From the NCBI GenBank assembly GCA_937138345.1, contig CAKZOW010000117.1, positions 37,572-101,571 on the forward strand: a stretch of DNA of 64,000 bases. Reading direction: 5' to 3'. How positions within the stretch are numbered: the stretch's first letter is position 1; each line of letters opens with the position of its first letter. Source of the DNA: an uncultured archaeon. GTDB taxonomy: Archaea > Nanobdellota > Nanobdellia > Woesearchaeales > UBA583. The position numbers and the translations under genes were made by a program. Under the pieces are notes generated by a model, which did no database searches, was not told where the DNA came from, and saw nothing but the letters and a program-made list of their open reading frames with translations. Below are positions 1-8,622 of the stretch, one piece after another.

Positions 1-213
1 TCTTTGCTCCAATACCTTATTCTCCTTAGTAAGACGTGCTTTAATTGTTTTGCAAATATCAACGTATTCAGCTTTAGAAATACTTTTACCTAAGTTAAAT
101 TTTACAAATTCCTCATAGCTAGTATTAGCTATGCTTTGTAATTTTTCTTTGTTATTGTCTAAGGCTACTTGTCTTCTAGCGTTTACACTAACGATGTCAT
201 TTCTATTCTTCAT
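1..213 (-). CDS. hypothetical protein, N-terminal 71 codons only; the gene continues leftwards out of the window
   Basis: ATG at 213-211 on the minus strand opens an uninterrupted frame to position 1 (MKNRNDIVSVNARRQVALDNNKEKLQSIANTSYEEF...). It is absent from the ORF track because it is truncated by the window edge. Confidence 0.45.
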   Translation of the reverse strand, partial: MKNRNDIVSVNARRQVALDNNKEKLQSIANTSYEEFVKFNLGKSISKAEYVDICKTIKARLTKENKVLEQR

Positions 214-729
214 AATACTGTTTTTAATGTGACGCTGTTACACGTCTATGTTAATTAATGACCTTTTAACTCATAAGATTCTCTCTTATGAAACTCAATC
301 CGCAGTTGCTCTAACACATTGCTGCTTAATCACATATCCCCTACACCCATTGTTAGAGCATGGCAAGGCTGTCTTTTGTGAACTGTAACTTGAGAGATTT
401 CAACTTTTATTTATACTCGTTTAAGTCAATCGTCAGATTAATTTCGAGTTAGGTATTACCCTTTTAATTCTTTCTCTTTCTGTCTCCTTAATTTAATAAG
501 TTCTTTAGAAGAAAGTGCGCCTCTTTCACGCTTTTGTGCCTCTAGGATATCTATATCCATATCTGCTAACTCGTTATGAGCATCTTGAGCTTTAGCTCTC
601 ACTTCAGCTTCTTTTACACTTCTAGTACGAGTTTCACCATCCTTGATAAATTTTTATTACTTCGGATAATTCTTTAAGATTTGTAGCTGAATTAACCAAT
701 CTCCATTTATAAATGTCTGTCATATTAAT

Positions 730-1563
730 TTATTTGTCAAAACGATATAATTTCATGTTGTCAATCAAAGTAACTAATTTATCTGCGTATTTCTTATCAG
801 TTGCGTAACCTGCTTTGGATAATCCTTTTGCCCAAGATTTATAATCCGAGCGCGGAATTTTTCTCAAATGCTGATAACGACTACGTTGTAAAAACAAGCT
901 GTGTGCTCTATAGCTTTCCCAAACACTATTATAGTTTCTAAAAAAGTCTTTATGTGAATCATCAGAATGATTTGAGCAATGTCCTGATTTACAATTTCTA
1001 GCAAAACATTTAATGCCAAAATGATTGTTGTTATTGACTGCCAAACGACTCTGACCTGCGTCACTTTCTAATAATCCTTGAGCGAGTGTGATGCTTGCTG
1101 GAATGCCATATTTTTTCATTTCCTTCACAGCTACCAATGAAAAACGCTTTACATAATCATTACAAATGGTATTCTTTTGTGCTACAATTTTTGGATTGAC
1201 ATTGTTTCTTTTCGCGTAAGTCGGATTTAAAACAAAAGCAATATTTGGAAACTGTGAAGCACTTGAAGATCTCGGTTTCTGTTCTGTATTCTTTGTCGAT
1301 TTAGGTGCTGGTAACACTTTTTTCGGAGTATTAATCACATCATTAGTAACGACATTAGCTACTTTAGCTACCTTTTCTTGTATTACTTCAACAATAGGAG
1401 ATTTCTCAATAGAAACACCTTTATTTATGTTAATATCAACATGAAAACTAAACATAAAGGGTAGCATGAATATAAACGCTAATTTATATACTATACTAGC
1501 ATTCTGTACTCTTTTTACTGCATTTGTAGTTTTGTATACTACAAGATTTTTTAAATTTTTCAT
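730..1563 (-). CDS. peptidoglycan hydrolase, mannosyl-glycoprotein endo-beta-N-acetylglucosaminidase (FlgJ/LytD-type) domain, with an N-terminal hydrophobic anchor; candidate endolysin
   Basis: 277 aa. The segment ASITLAQGLLESDAGQSRLAVNNNNHFGIKCF matches the glucosaminidase domain signature AQ..LESg.g.S.la...NNlFGIK. The N-terminus carries a hydrophobic stretch (IVYKLAFIFMLPFMFSF) after a basic region. Confidence 0.7.
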   Translation of the reverse strand: MKNLKNLVVYKTTNAVKRVQNASIVYKLAFIFMLPFMFSFHVDININKGVSIEKSPIVEVIQEKVAKVANVVTNDVINTPKKVLPAPKSTKNTEQKPRSSSASQFPNIAFVLNPTYAKRNNVNPKIVAQKNTICNDYVKRFSLVAVKEMKKYGIPASITLAQGLLESDAGQSRLAVNNNNHFGIKCFARNCKSGHCSNHSDDSHKDFFRNYNSVWESYRAHSLFLQRSRYQHLRKIPRSDYKSWAKGLSKAGYATDKKYADKLVTLIDNMKLYRFDK

Positions 1564-1695
1564 TTTATTGATTTTAGTTATTAAATAGTCGCAAAGTAAG
1601 GAATCGAACCTCTTCTCGTATTATTTAAAGCGTACACCAGTACCTAATTGCGATTTGACAGGTTTTCACCTGCCCTAGATTTAAAGTTCTAGTTC

Positions 1696-2103
1696 TTATT
1701 TGTTTAAAACAGCTAAGATATTACTTTCGACCTTCTCTACATCAAATAACATTCCTACAAATATTTCTACCACATAACGATTAACCACTACCCCTAATTT
1801 GGATATACCTGGTGTTAATCGAATTTCTTCAATTATATCATCAGTTAAGTCAAAATTAGTATTAAGATAGTTTCCTTCTATTTTCACTTTATATTCAAAA
1901 GTATCTGCTTCAAATTTTTTATGTATTTTAAATTCTTTTAAAGGTGTAAAACCTTCCAGTAATAATCCTTTTTTAGTTCTACGAATTGTGTAAGGCGTTA
2001 GTGATAAATGAGGAGTAGTATCTTCTTTATAAGTACGTCCTTCTTTTGTAAAAGAATCTCTAACACTTCCATTTACCACATAAAGGTATTCAGCGCTTTC
2101 CAC
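1696..2103 (-). CDS. hypothetical protein
   Basis: 135-aa ORF in 30% GC DNA; no recognisable motif. Confidence 0.55.
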   Translation of the reverse strand: MESAEYLYVVNGSVRDSFTKEGRTYKEDTTPHLSLTPYTIRRTKKGLLLEGFTPLKEFKIHKKFEADTFEYKVKIEGNYLNTNFDLTDDIIEEIRLTPGISKLGVVVNRYVVEIFVGMLFDVEKVESNILAVLNK

Positions 2104-2179
2104 TATTCTTTCAATAACTCCTTCCTGCTGTAAAACATAAACTTCTCATAAAAATTGTATTTAAAAAGTGAATAATTAT

Positions 2180-2494
2180 TTATTTACCAAATCTCCTATT
2201 CCTAAGTTTAGAATGTTTATTTCTAAACTCTTGATAGTTTGCTTCAGTGTTCTCAGATGCTTCATCAACCATTCTCTGAGCTGCTCTAGTCAGTTGATTG
2301 TAACTAAAATATCTACTAAGTAACGCTGCTCTAGTATTATGATGTTGTCTACCATCAATATCACGGATATTAATAGTATCTCCCTCATACCAGTTTTCTT
2401 TACCTGTAGCCTTACTAATACGCTTCACATCTCCATTATTTGAAAGATGTGTAGTCATATTAATTGATTCTAATTCTGGAATTTCTTTCCACAT
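2180..2494 (-). CDS. hypothetical protein
   Basis: 104-aa ORF, tightly packed with the next gene (2497). Confidence 0.5.
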   Translation of the reverse strand: MWKEIPELESINMTTHLSNNGDVKRISKATGKENWYEGDTINIRDIDGRQHHNTRAALLSRYFSYNQLTRAAQRMVDEASENTEANYQEFRNKHSKLRNRRFGK

Positions 2495-2496
2495 AA

Positions 2497-2769
2497 TTAT
2501 ATATGTTTAAGCATTTCTGAAAAATCTATTAAAGCTCTATAATATCCTTGTTCTTCAATCCTAAGTACAGAGAACTCCTTACCATCCCAATCTTTAATGT
2601 TTTGAGAACTTTCTTTAAGAGAATCTTCTATTTGCGCTTTTAAGTCAATTAAATCAGTTTCCTTGCTTTCAATTTTGATTTGTCTAGGAATCTTATCTAA
2701 TTTTTTTGTTAAAAGAGTTCCGACATCTTCTAAAATATCAGCCTTAATTTCTTTTATTAATTCTTCCAT
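2497..2769 (-). CDS. hypothetical protein (acidic, coiled-coil-like)
   Basis: 90-aa ORF in gene-dense minus-strand packing. Confidence 0.5.
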   Translation of the reverse strand: MEELIKEIKADILEDVGTLLTKKLDKIPRQIKIESKETDLIDLKAQIEDSLKESSQNIKDWDGKEFSVLRIEEQGYYRALIDFSEMLKHI

Positions 2770-2891
2770 AATTACTCAAGTATAGGCTCTACGCCTGATT
2801 TATTAGGTAATGGTTTTCCCTCAAACATTTTCTTAATGTGAGGTTTCTGCTCTTCTAAAATTTTTTTTGATTTTTTACTCATAATTATTTT

Positions 2892-3329
2892 TTAATAATG
2901 AAAAACGTGGAAAAAGCCGTTATTAGCCATTTCATAAACATCATCTCTCCAATCTTGGTCGAAGAAATACTCATCTCTTGAAGGCAACTCGTCCTTATCT
3001 AAGTAACCTAGTGTACATCTCTGTAGTTTCTCATCATAGAGTACCACAAAGAATATATTCTCTAAAGAATTATCTAAGTCGTTTACATGAATTTTCTTAG
3101 CTATATCTCTATTAGGCTTATCCTTAAACAATAGTACGATGTTTATTTTAGTGTCAGGATTGCAAGCAAGGTATACTGTACTTGTGTCAATATCTACAAA
3201 TTGATTTCCCTCTAATTGAAATGTTCCAATAGAAGTATCTGAACAATGTACGTGTTTGAATCCTGTACAACTACTTAACCAAGCTATTGCTAGGATGATT
3301 AAGTAGATCGATAACTTATTTTTCTTCAT
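2892..3329 (-). CDS. putative lipoprotein
   Basis: 145 aa. N-terminus MKKNKLSIYLIILAIAWLSSC is a signal peptide with lipobox LSSC. Confidence 0.6.
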   Translation of the reverse strand: MKKNKLSIYLIILAIAWLSSCTGFKHVHCSDTSIGTFQLEGNQFVDIDTSTVYLACNPDTKINIVLLFKDKPNRDIAKKIHVNDLDNSLENIFFVVLYDEKLQRCTLGYLDKDELPSRDEYFFDQDWRDDVYEMANNGFFHVFHY

Positions 3330-3427
3330 TTTCTAATTATTTTAATTGTTCCTCTGAAATTTTACCAGATTTATTTAATTCAAATAACTCATCAATTTCT
3401 CGTTGAGCGTTTTCACTTCTTATCCAT

Positions 3428-3871
3428 TTACTCATGATATACATTTATGTTGAATGATTTAATACCATATGCCTGATATGTACTTTTCAGTACGTCATTT
3501 ACATACAACCTGATTTCTATGATTTCTGAACCATTTTCAATATAATCAGTTGCAAATTTAAGCCTTTGTCTAAATCTATTGTGATTACTTAATTGTTCAT
3601 CCCAGTAAAACTGAATTATTCCTATAGCATCATAGTGAGTATATGAGAACATTTTCGTCAATGATACAGAAGATATTTTTATATCATCTATGTACATTTT
3701 CTCTGGAGTAATAGAAATACTATTAGTATCACCAAACTCCTGTAAATCTTTGAATAGAGTATTTAACTCCAATTCTTTCTGTAATTCTACTACTGGTACT
3801 ACTGGTAATACTTCATCTGTACAAGACGAAAATAACGACAGTAATGCTAAAAATGTTAATAATTTTTTCAT
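3428..3871 (-). CDS. putative lipoprotein
   Basis: 147 aa. N-terminus MKKLLTFLALLSLFSSC is a signal peptide with a Cys lipobox. Confidence 0.6.
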   Translation of the reverse strand: MKKLLTFLALLSLFSSCTDEVLPVVPVVELQKELELNTLFKDLQEFGDTNSISITPEKMYIDDIKISSVSLTKMFSYTHYDAIGIIQFYWDEQLSNHNRFRQRLKFATDYIENGSEIIEIRLYVNDVLKSTYQAYGIKSFNINVYHE

Positions 3872-4197
3872 TATTTTTGTTTTAGTTAATTAAATTTAGG
3901 TACATTTTCAATATTAGATAACACTTCTTCTAAATAAAAAGCTTTTCCTACAGTTACTATAGCAGAGTACTTACTAGTTACTGTTACGCTATTTACTCCC
4001 GTTACGCTTTCTAACAAGTCTCTATTCTTTTCATTGTTAAAAATTCCCTATCCCCTTCTGAATAACGGTAAATAGATTCTGTAGTACTAGACATACCAAT
4101 AGCCATTAAAAATAATTTACTGAAAGCTCCAAAGCTACTGTAGTGTCTTTCGCCTTTTTTTAATTTGTTAATTACGTCTATAACTCTCATAATTTTA

Positions 4198-4599
4198 TTA
4201 TTTATAACGAGTAAATCCGTAGTGTTTAGCTATTTTATTTAATGTAGGGATACCATAATTAGTATAATTATCAATGTCATCTACAATTTCTCCATAAAAA
4301 GAATTATCATCTAACCAAATCCATGTTTTAAAATGTAGCATAGAACGTCCTGCCGAAAGACCTCTTTCATTTTCTGCTTTATTATATGCAAAATCTAGAT
4401 AATCTAGTATTTCTTTTTTAGGATCTGTACTAATTACCCATTTTACTGTACCAGCTTCAACTTCTTTAACATATTCCTCTTTTAAAAATGTTTTAGCATT
4501 ATCAAAAGTCATATAGTTAATTAAATCATTTTTTTGTGTTCCAAACAAATCACTAACCTTTTGGAATCTAACTTTAATTTCTTCTTGATTTCTTATCAT
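4198..4599 (-). CDS. hypothetical protein
   Basis: 133-aa ORF; the iteron-like repeats lie immediately upstream of its start. Confidence 0.55.
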   Translation of the reverse strand: MIRNQEEIKVRFQKVSDLFGTQKNDLINYMTFDNAKTFLKEEYVKEVEAGTVKWVISTDPKKEILDYLDFAYNKAENERGLSAGRSMLHFKTWIWLDDNSFYGEIVDDIDNYTNYGIPTLNKIAKHYGFTRYK

Positions 4600-4600
4600 T

Positions 4601-4713
4601 TTTACTTATTTTGAATAGTTTAATATAACTTTTACTTATAATTAATTTAAAGTTTATAAGTTTTACTTATGATAAGTTTTACTTATGTCTTATCATTTTT
4701 ACTTATAATTAAC
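4601..4713. repeat. iteron-like direct repeat cluster: five copies of TTTTACTTAT(A/G), flanked by a 19-bp direct repeat TCTTATCATTTTTACTTAT
   Basis: Copies at about 4601, 4631, 4661, 4677 and 4697. The 19-mer occurs at about 4591-4609 and 4688-4706. The cluster lies in the intergenic region between the 4198-4599 and 4839-5240 genes. Confidence 0.7.
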
Positions 4714-4838
4714 CAAAAACATACAAATTGTCATAAAAAAACTGTAACTTTGGGACAGGTCGAACAACCTGTAAGAAGTGAAGGACTTAACTTACAAACT
4801 TGTTTTGTGTTCTTCCTTCCTATTAATTAAAGCAATTA

Positions 4839-5240
4839 TTAATACCCATACAACTTTTTAAATCTAATTTCATTCTTTTTAGATAATCTACTCAGTTCAT
4901 GTAGTTCCATCCAAAGGAAGTAAGCATCTACATGTTTTTTCCACAGATCATTTAGTTTATCTTTTACGTGATATAACCGTACATATTCATAATGTTGTAA
5001 TTGTGGGAATAGTCTATATTCCATCCAGTAAGTATAATTATAACCAGACCCTCCTCTTTCTGGCTTCCACCATTGTCCTAGTCTTTTAATGTACTCCTGC
5101 CTTTTTCCTTTACTATTACCTCTGACTAAATACTCACCATCAGGTAAATATTTATCATTATACTTAGTAGGATTATCTACTTTGATATAATCGCTATCAG
5201 GGAAGTAATCTGGATCGTATTCTACTGATATAAATTTCAT
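4839..5240 (-). CDS. hypothetical protein (aromatic-rich)
   Basis: 133-aa ORF. It is followed, in minus orientation, by a hairpin ACAGG..CCTGT at about 4747-4767 and then a T-run. Confidence 0.55.
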   Translation of the reverse strand: MKFISVEYDPDYFPDSDYIKVDNPTKYNDKYLPDGEYLVRGNSKGKRQEYIKRLGQWWKPERGGSGYNYTYWMEYRLFPQLQHYEYVRLYHVKDKLNDLWKKHVDAYFLWMELHELSRLSKKNEIRFKKLYGY

Positions 5241-5319
5241 ATTATTTAGTTTTTACCACCCAGTTAATAATGAAGATTAACCTCCACTTTAACATGGATG
5301 GCTATGATTAATTTACCTA

Positions 5320-5469
5320 TCATGGTAAAATTATTGCTCCTGCTATGATCAATATTAATCCCATGGCAATTATACCAAAAGAAATTATTTTGAATTTATC
5401 AGATTTTACTACTTGATTGCCTATAATACCTAGTATTATAAGCAAAAATCCTAATACTATCGCTATCAT
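5320..5469 (-). CDS. small two-TM membrane protein (49 aa); holin-like candidate
   Basis: Read from the minus strand as MIAIVLGFLLIILGIIGNQVVKSDKFKIISFGIIAMGLILIIAGAIILP*. Two hydrophobic helices. Below the ORF-track size cut-off. Confidence 0.4.
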   Translation of the reverse strand: MIAIVLGFLLIILGIIGNQVVKSDKFKIISFGIIAMGLILIIAGAIILP

Positions 5470-5555
5470 AATTTAATTTTTAATAAGTTTATAAAATAGG
5501 GAGGTAAAATAATTTACGCTGTTAAATATTTAAAACCCTCCCTGATGAAAAATAG

Positions 5556-5627
5556 AGCCAATGGTAGGAATCGAACCTACTTACTACTAAGATTGTAACC
5601 TAGCGCATTCCATAATGCTACATTGGC
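5556..5627 (-). tRNA. tRNA (72 nt) with apparent anticodon ACA (A34); isotype uncertain, Cys-decoding if genuine
   Basis: Cloverleaf derived by hand: acceptor GCCAATG/CATTGGC, D-stem GCAT/ATGC, anticodon stem CTAGG/CTTAG with loop TTACAAT, T-arm GTAGG-TTCGATT-CCTAC, discriminator T. Confidence 0.6.
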
Positions 5628-5703
5628 AAAAACCAACCACGGTTAAAAATAAATTGAATTAAAAATGGATTAATAAATTAAAATTGTGTGGTTGGTGTAC
5701 TTT

Positions 5704-6423
5704 TTATAGTTTCTTTGGTAAATTTTTCTTTAGCCACTTTAATCTAGGAGATATATTAGCTCTTGTCCAGTAATAACCTGTGTTATTTTGACGCTCTTTT
5801 CTTATTTTTACATTTATGTATTCACTCTCTGCTTTAGTAATTAATTTACTTTCTAATAAAGAAGCTAACCATGAGCAGAGTCCTGTTTTAAAATAATCTT
5901 TGTTATGCTTAAATACTTTAAGTAATTTTTTTTGTGTACGGATTTCACCAGTCATATGAATATGTATCCAGTCTATTCTGGATTGCATATCATCGCGTGA
6001 CCAATAAAAAACACTAGCTCTTTTAGTTCGGTGTTTATTTATTAGTAATTTTATATATATAAACTCTTCTTGTAAGATTTTATTCTTACTTAATAAATCA
6101 CAGGCACTGAAACACAGAGTATTCCGTGTACAGTCTCTTTTATTACTGTTAGTTAATTCCTCTAATAATAATAAACCTAATCTCTTTTTGTTAGATATTA
6201 GATTGGCTATTAACCAATCTTCTCTAACCTCCCAATTACCTCTTTCCCATTTATAGCTTGCATCAGTTTCTTCTACATCTTTATGTAAGCTATTAATGTA
6301 TTTCTCTTCTTGATCAGTTATAATTTTTAATTCTACAAGATAATGTGTGTAAGCACATAGACCTGTTTTAAAAAATTCTTTATTTTCTATAAGAATTTTT
6401 AGTAATTTCTTTTTACTTATCAT
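5704..6423 (-). CDS. hypothetical protein with internal tandem duplication
   Basis: 239 aa. Two homologous halves: KKLLKILIENKEFFKTGLCAYTHYLVELKIIT and KKLLKVFKHNKDYFKTGLCSWLASLLESKLIT. Confidence 0.6.
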   Translation of the reverse strand: MISKKKLLKILIENKEFFKTGLCAYTHYLVELKIITDQEEKYINSLHKDVEETDASYKWERGNWEVREDWLIANLISNKKRLGLLLLEELTNSNKRDCTRNTLCFSACDLLSKNKILQEEFIYIKLLINKHRTKRASVFYWSRDDMQSRIDWIHIHMTGEIRTQKKLLKVFKHNKDYFKTGLCSWLASLLESKLITKAESEYINVKIRKERQNNTGYYWTRANISPRLKWLKKNLPKKL

Positions 6424-6629
6424 AATTTAAAATTTGATAGAATGAATTCTAGCGTCTCTATATCAAGGTTAGTAGAATCCATATTTTTTATGATATAATA
6501 CTCTGCTTCGAATAAATGAAACAGAGCTTTTTCTGCTTGCTCTTGGTAACCTAACTCATGAATTAGATTACCTACCTTAGCTAACTGCTCTGGGAACAAT
6601 TTAGCTAAGGTATAGATAATTTCTTTCAT
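6420..6629 (-). CDS. hypothetical protein
   Basis: 69-aa ORF; its stop overlaps the next start (ATGA coupling). Confidence 0.4.
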   Translation of the reverse strand: MKEIIYTLAKLFPEQLAKVGNLIHELGYQEQAEKALFHLFEAEYYIIKNMDSTNLDIETLEFILSNFKL

Positions 6630-7000
6630 ATTCCTAACTGTTTTTCCAATTGTGTTATTACTTCTGTTTGAAGGTATAACAGTTCTGCCAACTGGTTATT
6701 AGTTATTGTAGTTATTTTTAACCTATTTATATTTACTACAAAAGTAGGTGAATTATGTTCATTGGACAAATTTATATTATAATTCAAAGACATTCCATCT
6801 ATTACAATCATAGTTTGTTTCATCTCAAAAGCATACTTATAAGTATCAGACCCTTTAGGATTACTAAACCCTAATAAGTTATGATGTCTCACCTGTGTAT
6901 GTGTGCGGTGTAAATACATAGAATTCCAGCTTAATATTTCTAAAGCTGAAGGGATGTAATTTAAATGAATTACTCTGTCTTTTACTTCTATTGTTTTCAT
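6626..7000 (-). CDS. hypothetical protein
   Basis: 124-aa ORF, overlapping-coupled to its neighbours. Confidence 0.5.
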   Translation of the reverse strand: MKTIEVKDRVIHLNYIPSALEILSWNSMYLHRTHTQVRHHNLLGFSNPKGSDTYKYAFEMKQTMIVIDGMSLNYNINLSNEHNSPTFVVNINRLKITTITNNQLAELLYLQTEVITQLEKQLGI

Positions 7001-7002
7001 AA

Positions 7003-7239
7003 CTAAAATTTATCATCTGTATGACCTAATTTTTTTCTAAAGCCATGTACCCTATGAGCATCTCTTCTACTCATGTTACCATTTCTACCTTCTTCAGGTT
7101 CGATACCTTCATCTTTATACTTTTTCTTTATGCTTAGTATTTTAGATACTAGTCTTAATAAGAATGGTAGCTTTATTTCCTCTTCTGGGAGGTCTGTAAT
7201 TTTTGTATTATCTGTGCTCATTTCTATTGATTTATCCAA
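7003..7239 (-). CDS. hypothetical small basic protein
   Basis: 78-aa ORF. The overlapping plus-strand ORF 7073-7267 is judged spurious. Confidence 0.4.
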   Translation of the reverse strand: MDKSIEMSTDNTKITDLPEEEIKLPFLLRLVSKILSIKKKYKDEGIEPEEGRNGNMSRRDAHRVHGFRKKLGHTDDKF

Positions 7240-7479
7240 AGAAGAATGTTCTAAGGAAATTTATTAAATGGTTTTCACTATATACTTTACCTAATGATTG
7301 AGTTTCTGTACCATAAGTTATAGCAGCTATAACACAATCGTCTCTTTGAGAGTAAGTGACTACTATAGCACACCAGCTACTTCCCCCACAGATGAATTCT
7401 ATGCTTTGTTAGCTGGTTGCATTAAATTAGTTCGTTACATTCTTTAATTTAGCAATTTCTAGACCTGCCAATTGGTAGG

Positions 7480-7839
7480 TTATAATGATTTAATATATCT
7501 AGATGTTTTAACCATACGAGGATGATACTCTAATAATGCTTCAGCACTACTGTAAATACCATATTCTCCTTCGACTTCATATAAGGTATTTTTATCCTTG
7601 CAGTTAAATATAACCTCAATATCCTGTACCCTATACTTAGGGTTCGATTTCTCTACAGAGGCTAAGACTGCGTGTGCTTGACTCACAAACTCTTCGGCAT
7701 CACAAGCACAAGAGTCAAAGTTTTCTACACTCTTATCGCCATCGTAGAAACTAACTACGTAATTTGGTTCTCCGAATCTAGGACACGGATTAAAAACTAG
7801 GGTAGGATTTGAAGTTCTCTCTTTATTATATTGTATCAT
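7480..7839 (-). CDS. hypothetical protein
   Basis: 119-aa ORF. Confidence 0.5.
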   Translation of the reverse strand: MIQYNKERTSNPTLVFNPCPRFGEPNYVVSFYDGDKSVENFDSCACDAEEFVSQAHAVLASVEKSNPKYRVQDIEVIFNCKDKNTLYEVEGEYGIYSSAEALLEYHPRMVKTSRYIKSL

Positions 7840-8032
7840 AATTTTTGCTTTACGTATATAAAATGTTTAACCACGAGAAATGTGGCTTTTTTAAAAGGGT
7901 TAAAAGTATGGGGTTTTTGGACTGGGTTCATAACCTCCACACTTTCAACCATTTACAACAGAATTTAAATAAAAACACAGGCAAAGTGATAACTTTTTAC
8001 CACTCACCTGTGTAACATCCAAATCAACCTTT

Positions 8033-8455
8033 TTAATTCTTTTGAATTTTAGTTTTCCCTAGCTTACCGTTCCTAACTACCAGTACATGGTAACTAGATT
8101 TTCCAGTAGGTTTTTTAACTGAGCGCCAAACAGTTTTACCTTCCAGTGTATAAGTAGTTTTATAACCATAAGACTTTTTATACTCAGTGCCAGATTTAGA
8201 CACTTTATTCAAATAGTGTTTACCACTATCTGAAACTAGTACTGTAAAGTTTTGCCCATCGACCACAAGGTTGACAGTTTCATTTACAGATTTAGCTACA
8301 TTAGTACTAACATAACTAAAATTTACAGGAGTAGTGTCGTCACCCATGTTAATAGATGCAGCCATAACCTCACCATCTGTAGATGTAGAACAGGACCATA
8401 TCAATAAGACAAACAATAAGATTGTGCCTCCTAGGCATTGTATAAATACTTTCAT
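8033..8455 (-). CDS. putative lipoprotein / secreted protein
   Basis: 140 aa. N-terminus MKVFIQCLGGTILLFVLLIWSCS has a signal peptide and a Cys lipobox. Confidence 0.55.
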   Translation of the reverse strand: MKVFIQCLGGTILLFVLLIWSCSTSTDGEVMAASINMGDDTTPVNFSYVSTNVAKSVNETVNLVVDGQNFTVLVSDSGKHYLNKVSKSGTEYKKSYGYKTTYTLEGKTVWRSVKKPTGKSSYHVLVVRNGKLGKTKIQKN

Positions 8456-8622
8456 GATATTTGAATTTTACCCTAAATCTCAATTGATATAGGGTTTCCG
8501 AAGGAAAAGAAATAAATACATAGAGCGAAGCGATACGCCAACTCTAAGAAACGCTCGTTAAAAAAAGATTTAGTAAAAGATAAGGCTAGTACTACCGAAG
8601 TAATACTAACCTATACTATTAA

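Noticed and set aside
864-1064. Short embedded or antisense ORFs from the track: 864-1064(-), 3690-3893(+), 7073-7267(+), 12109-12291(-), 18672-18866(-), 22124-22366(-), 29090-29281(-), 31413-31604(-), 40535-40744(-), 43623-43877(-), 44107-44295(-), 45732-45977(-), 46427-46654(-), 46736-46918(-), 49085-49288(-), 49339-49521(-), 51621-52004(-)
   Set aside because: Each is nested inside, or antisense to, a much longer ORF with coherent protein-like sequence; none has an independent signal.
1589-1660. Canonical tRNA on the minus strand near 1600
   Set aside because: The acceptor pairs at only 5 of 7 positions and there is no anticodon arm of correct length. It is kept as a tRNA-derived fragment in the findings.
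4591-4713. CRISPR array
   Set aside because: The repeats are 10-19 bp with irregular 15-31 bp spacing and partial overlaps. This does not match the 25-40 bp repeats with unique spacers of a CRISPR array; they are iteron-like instead.
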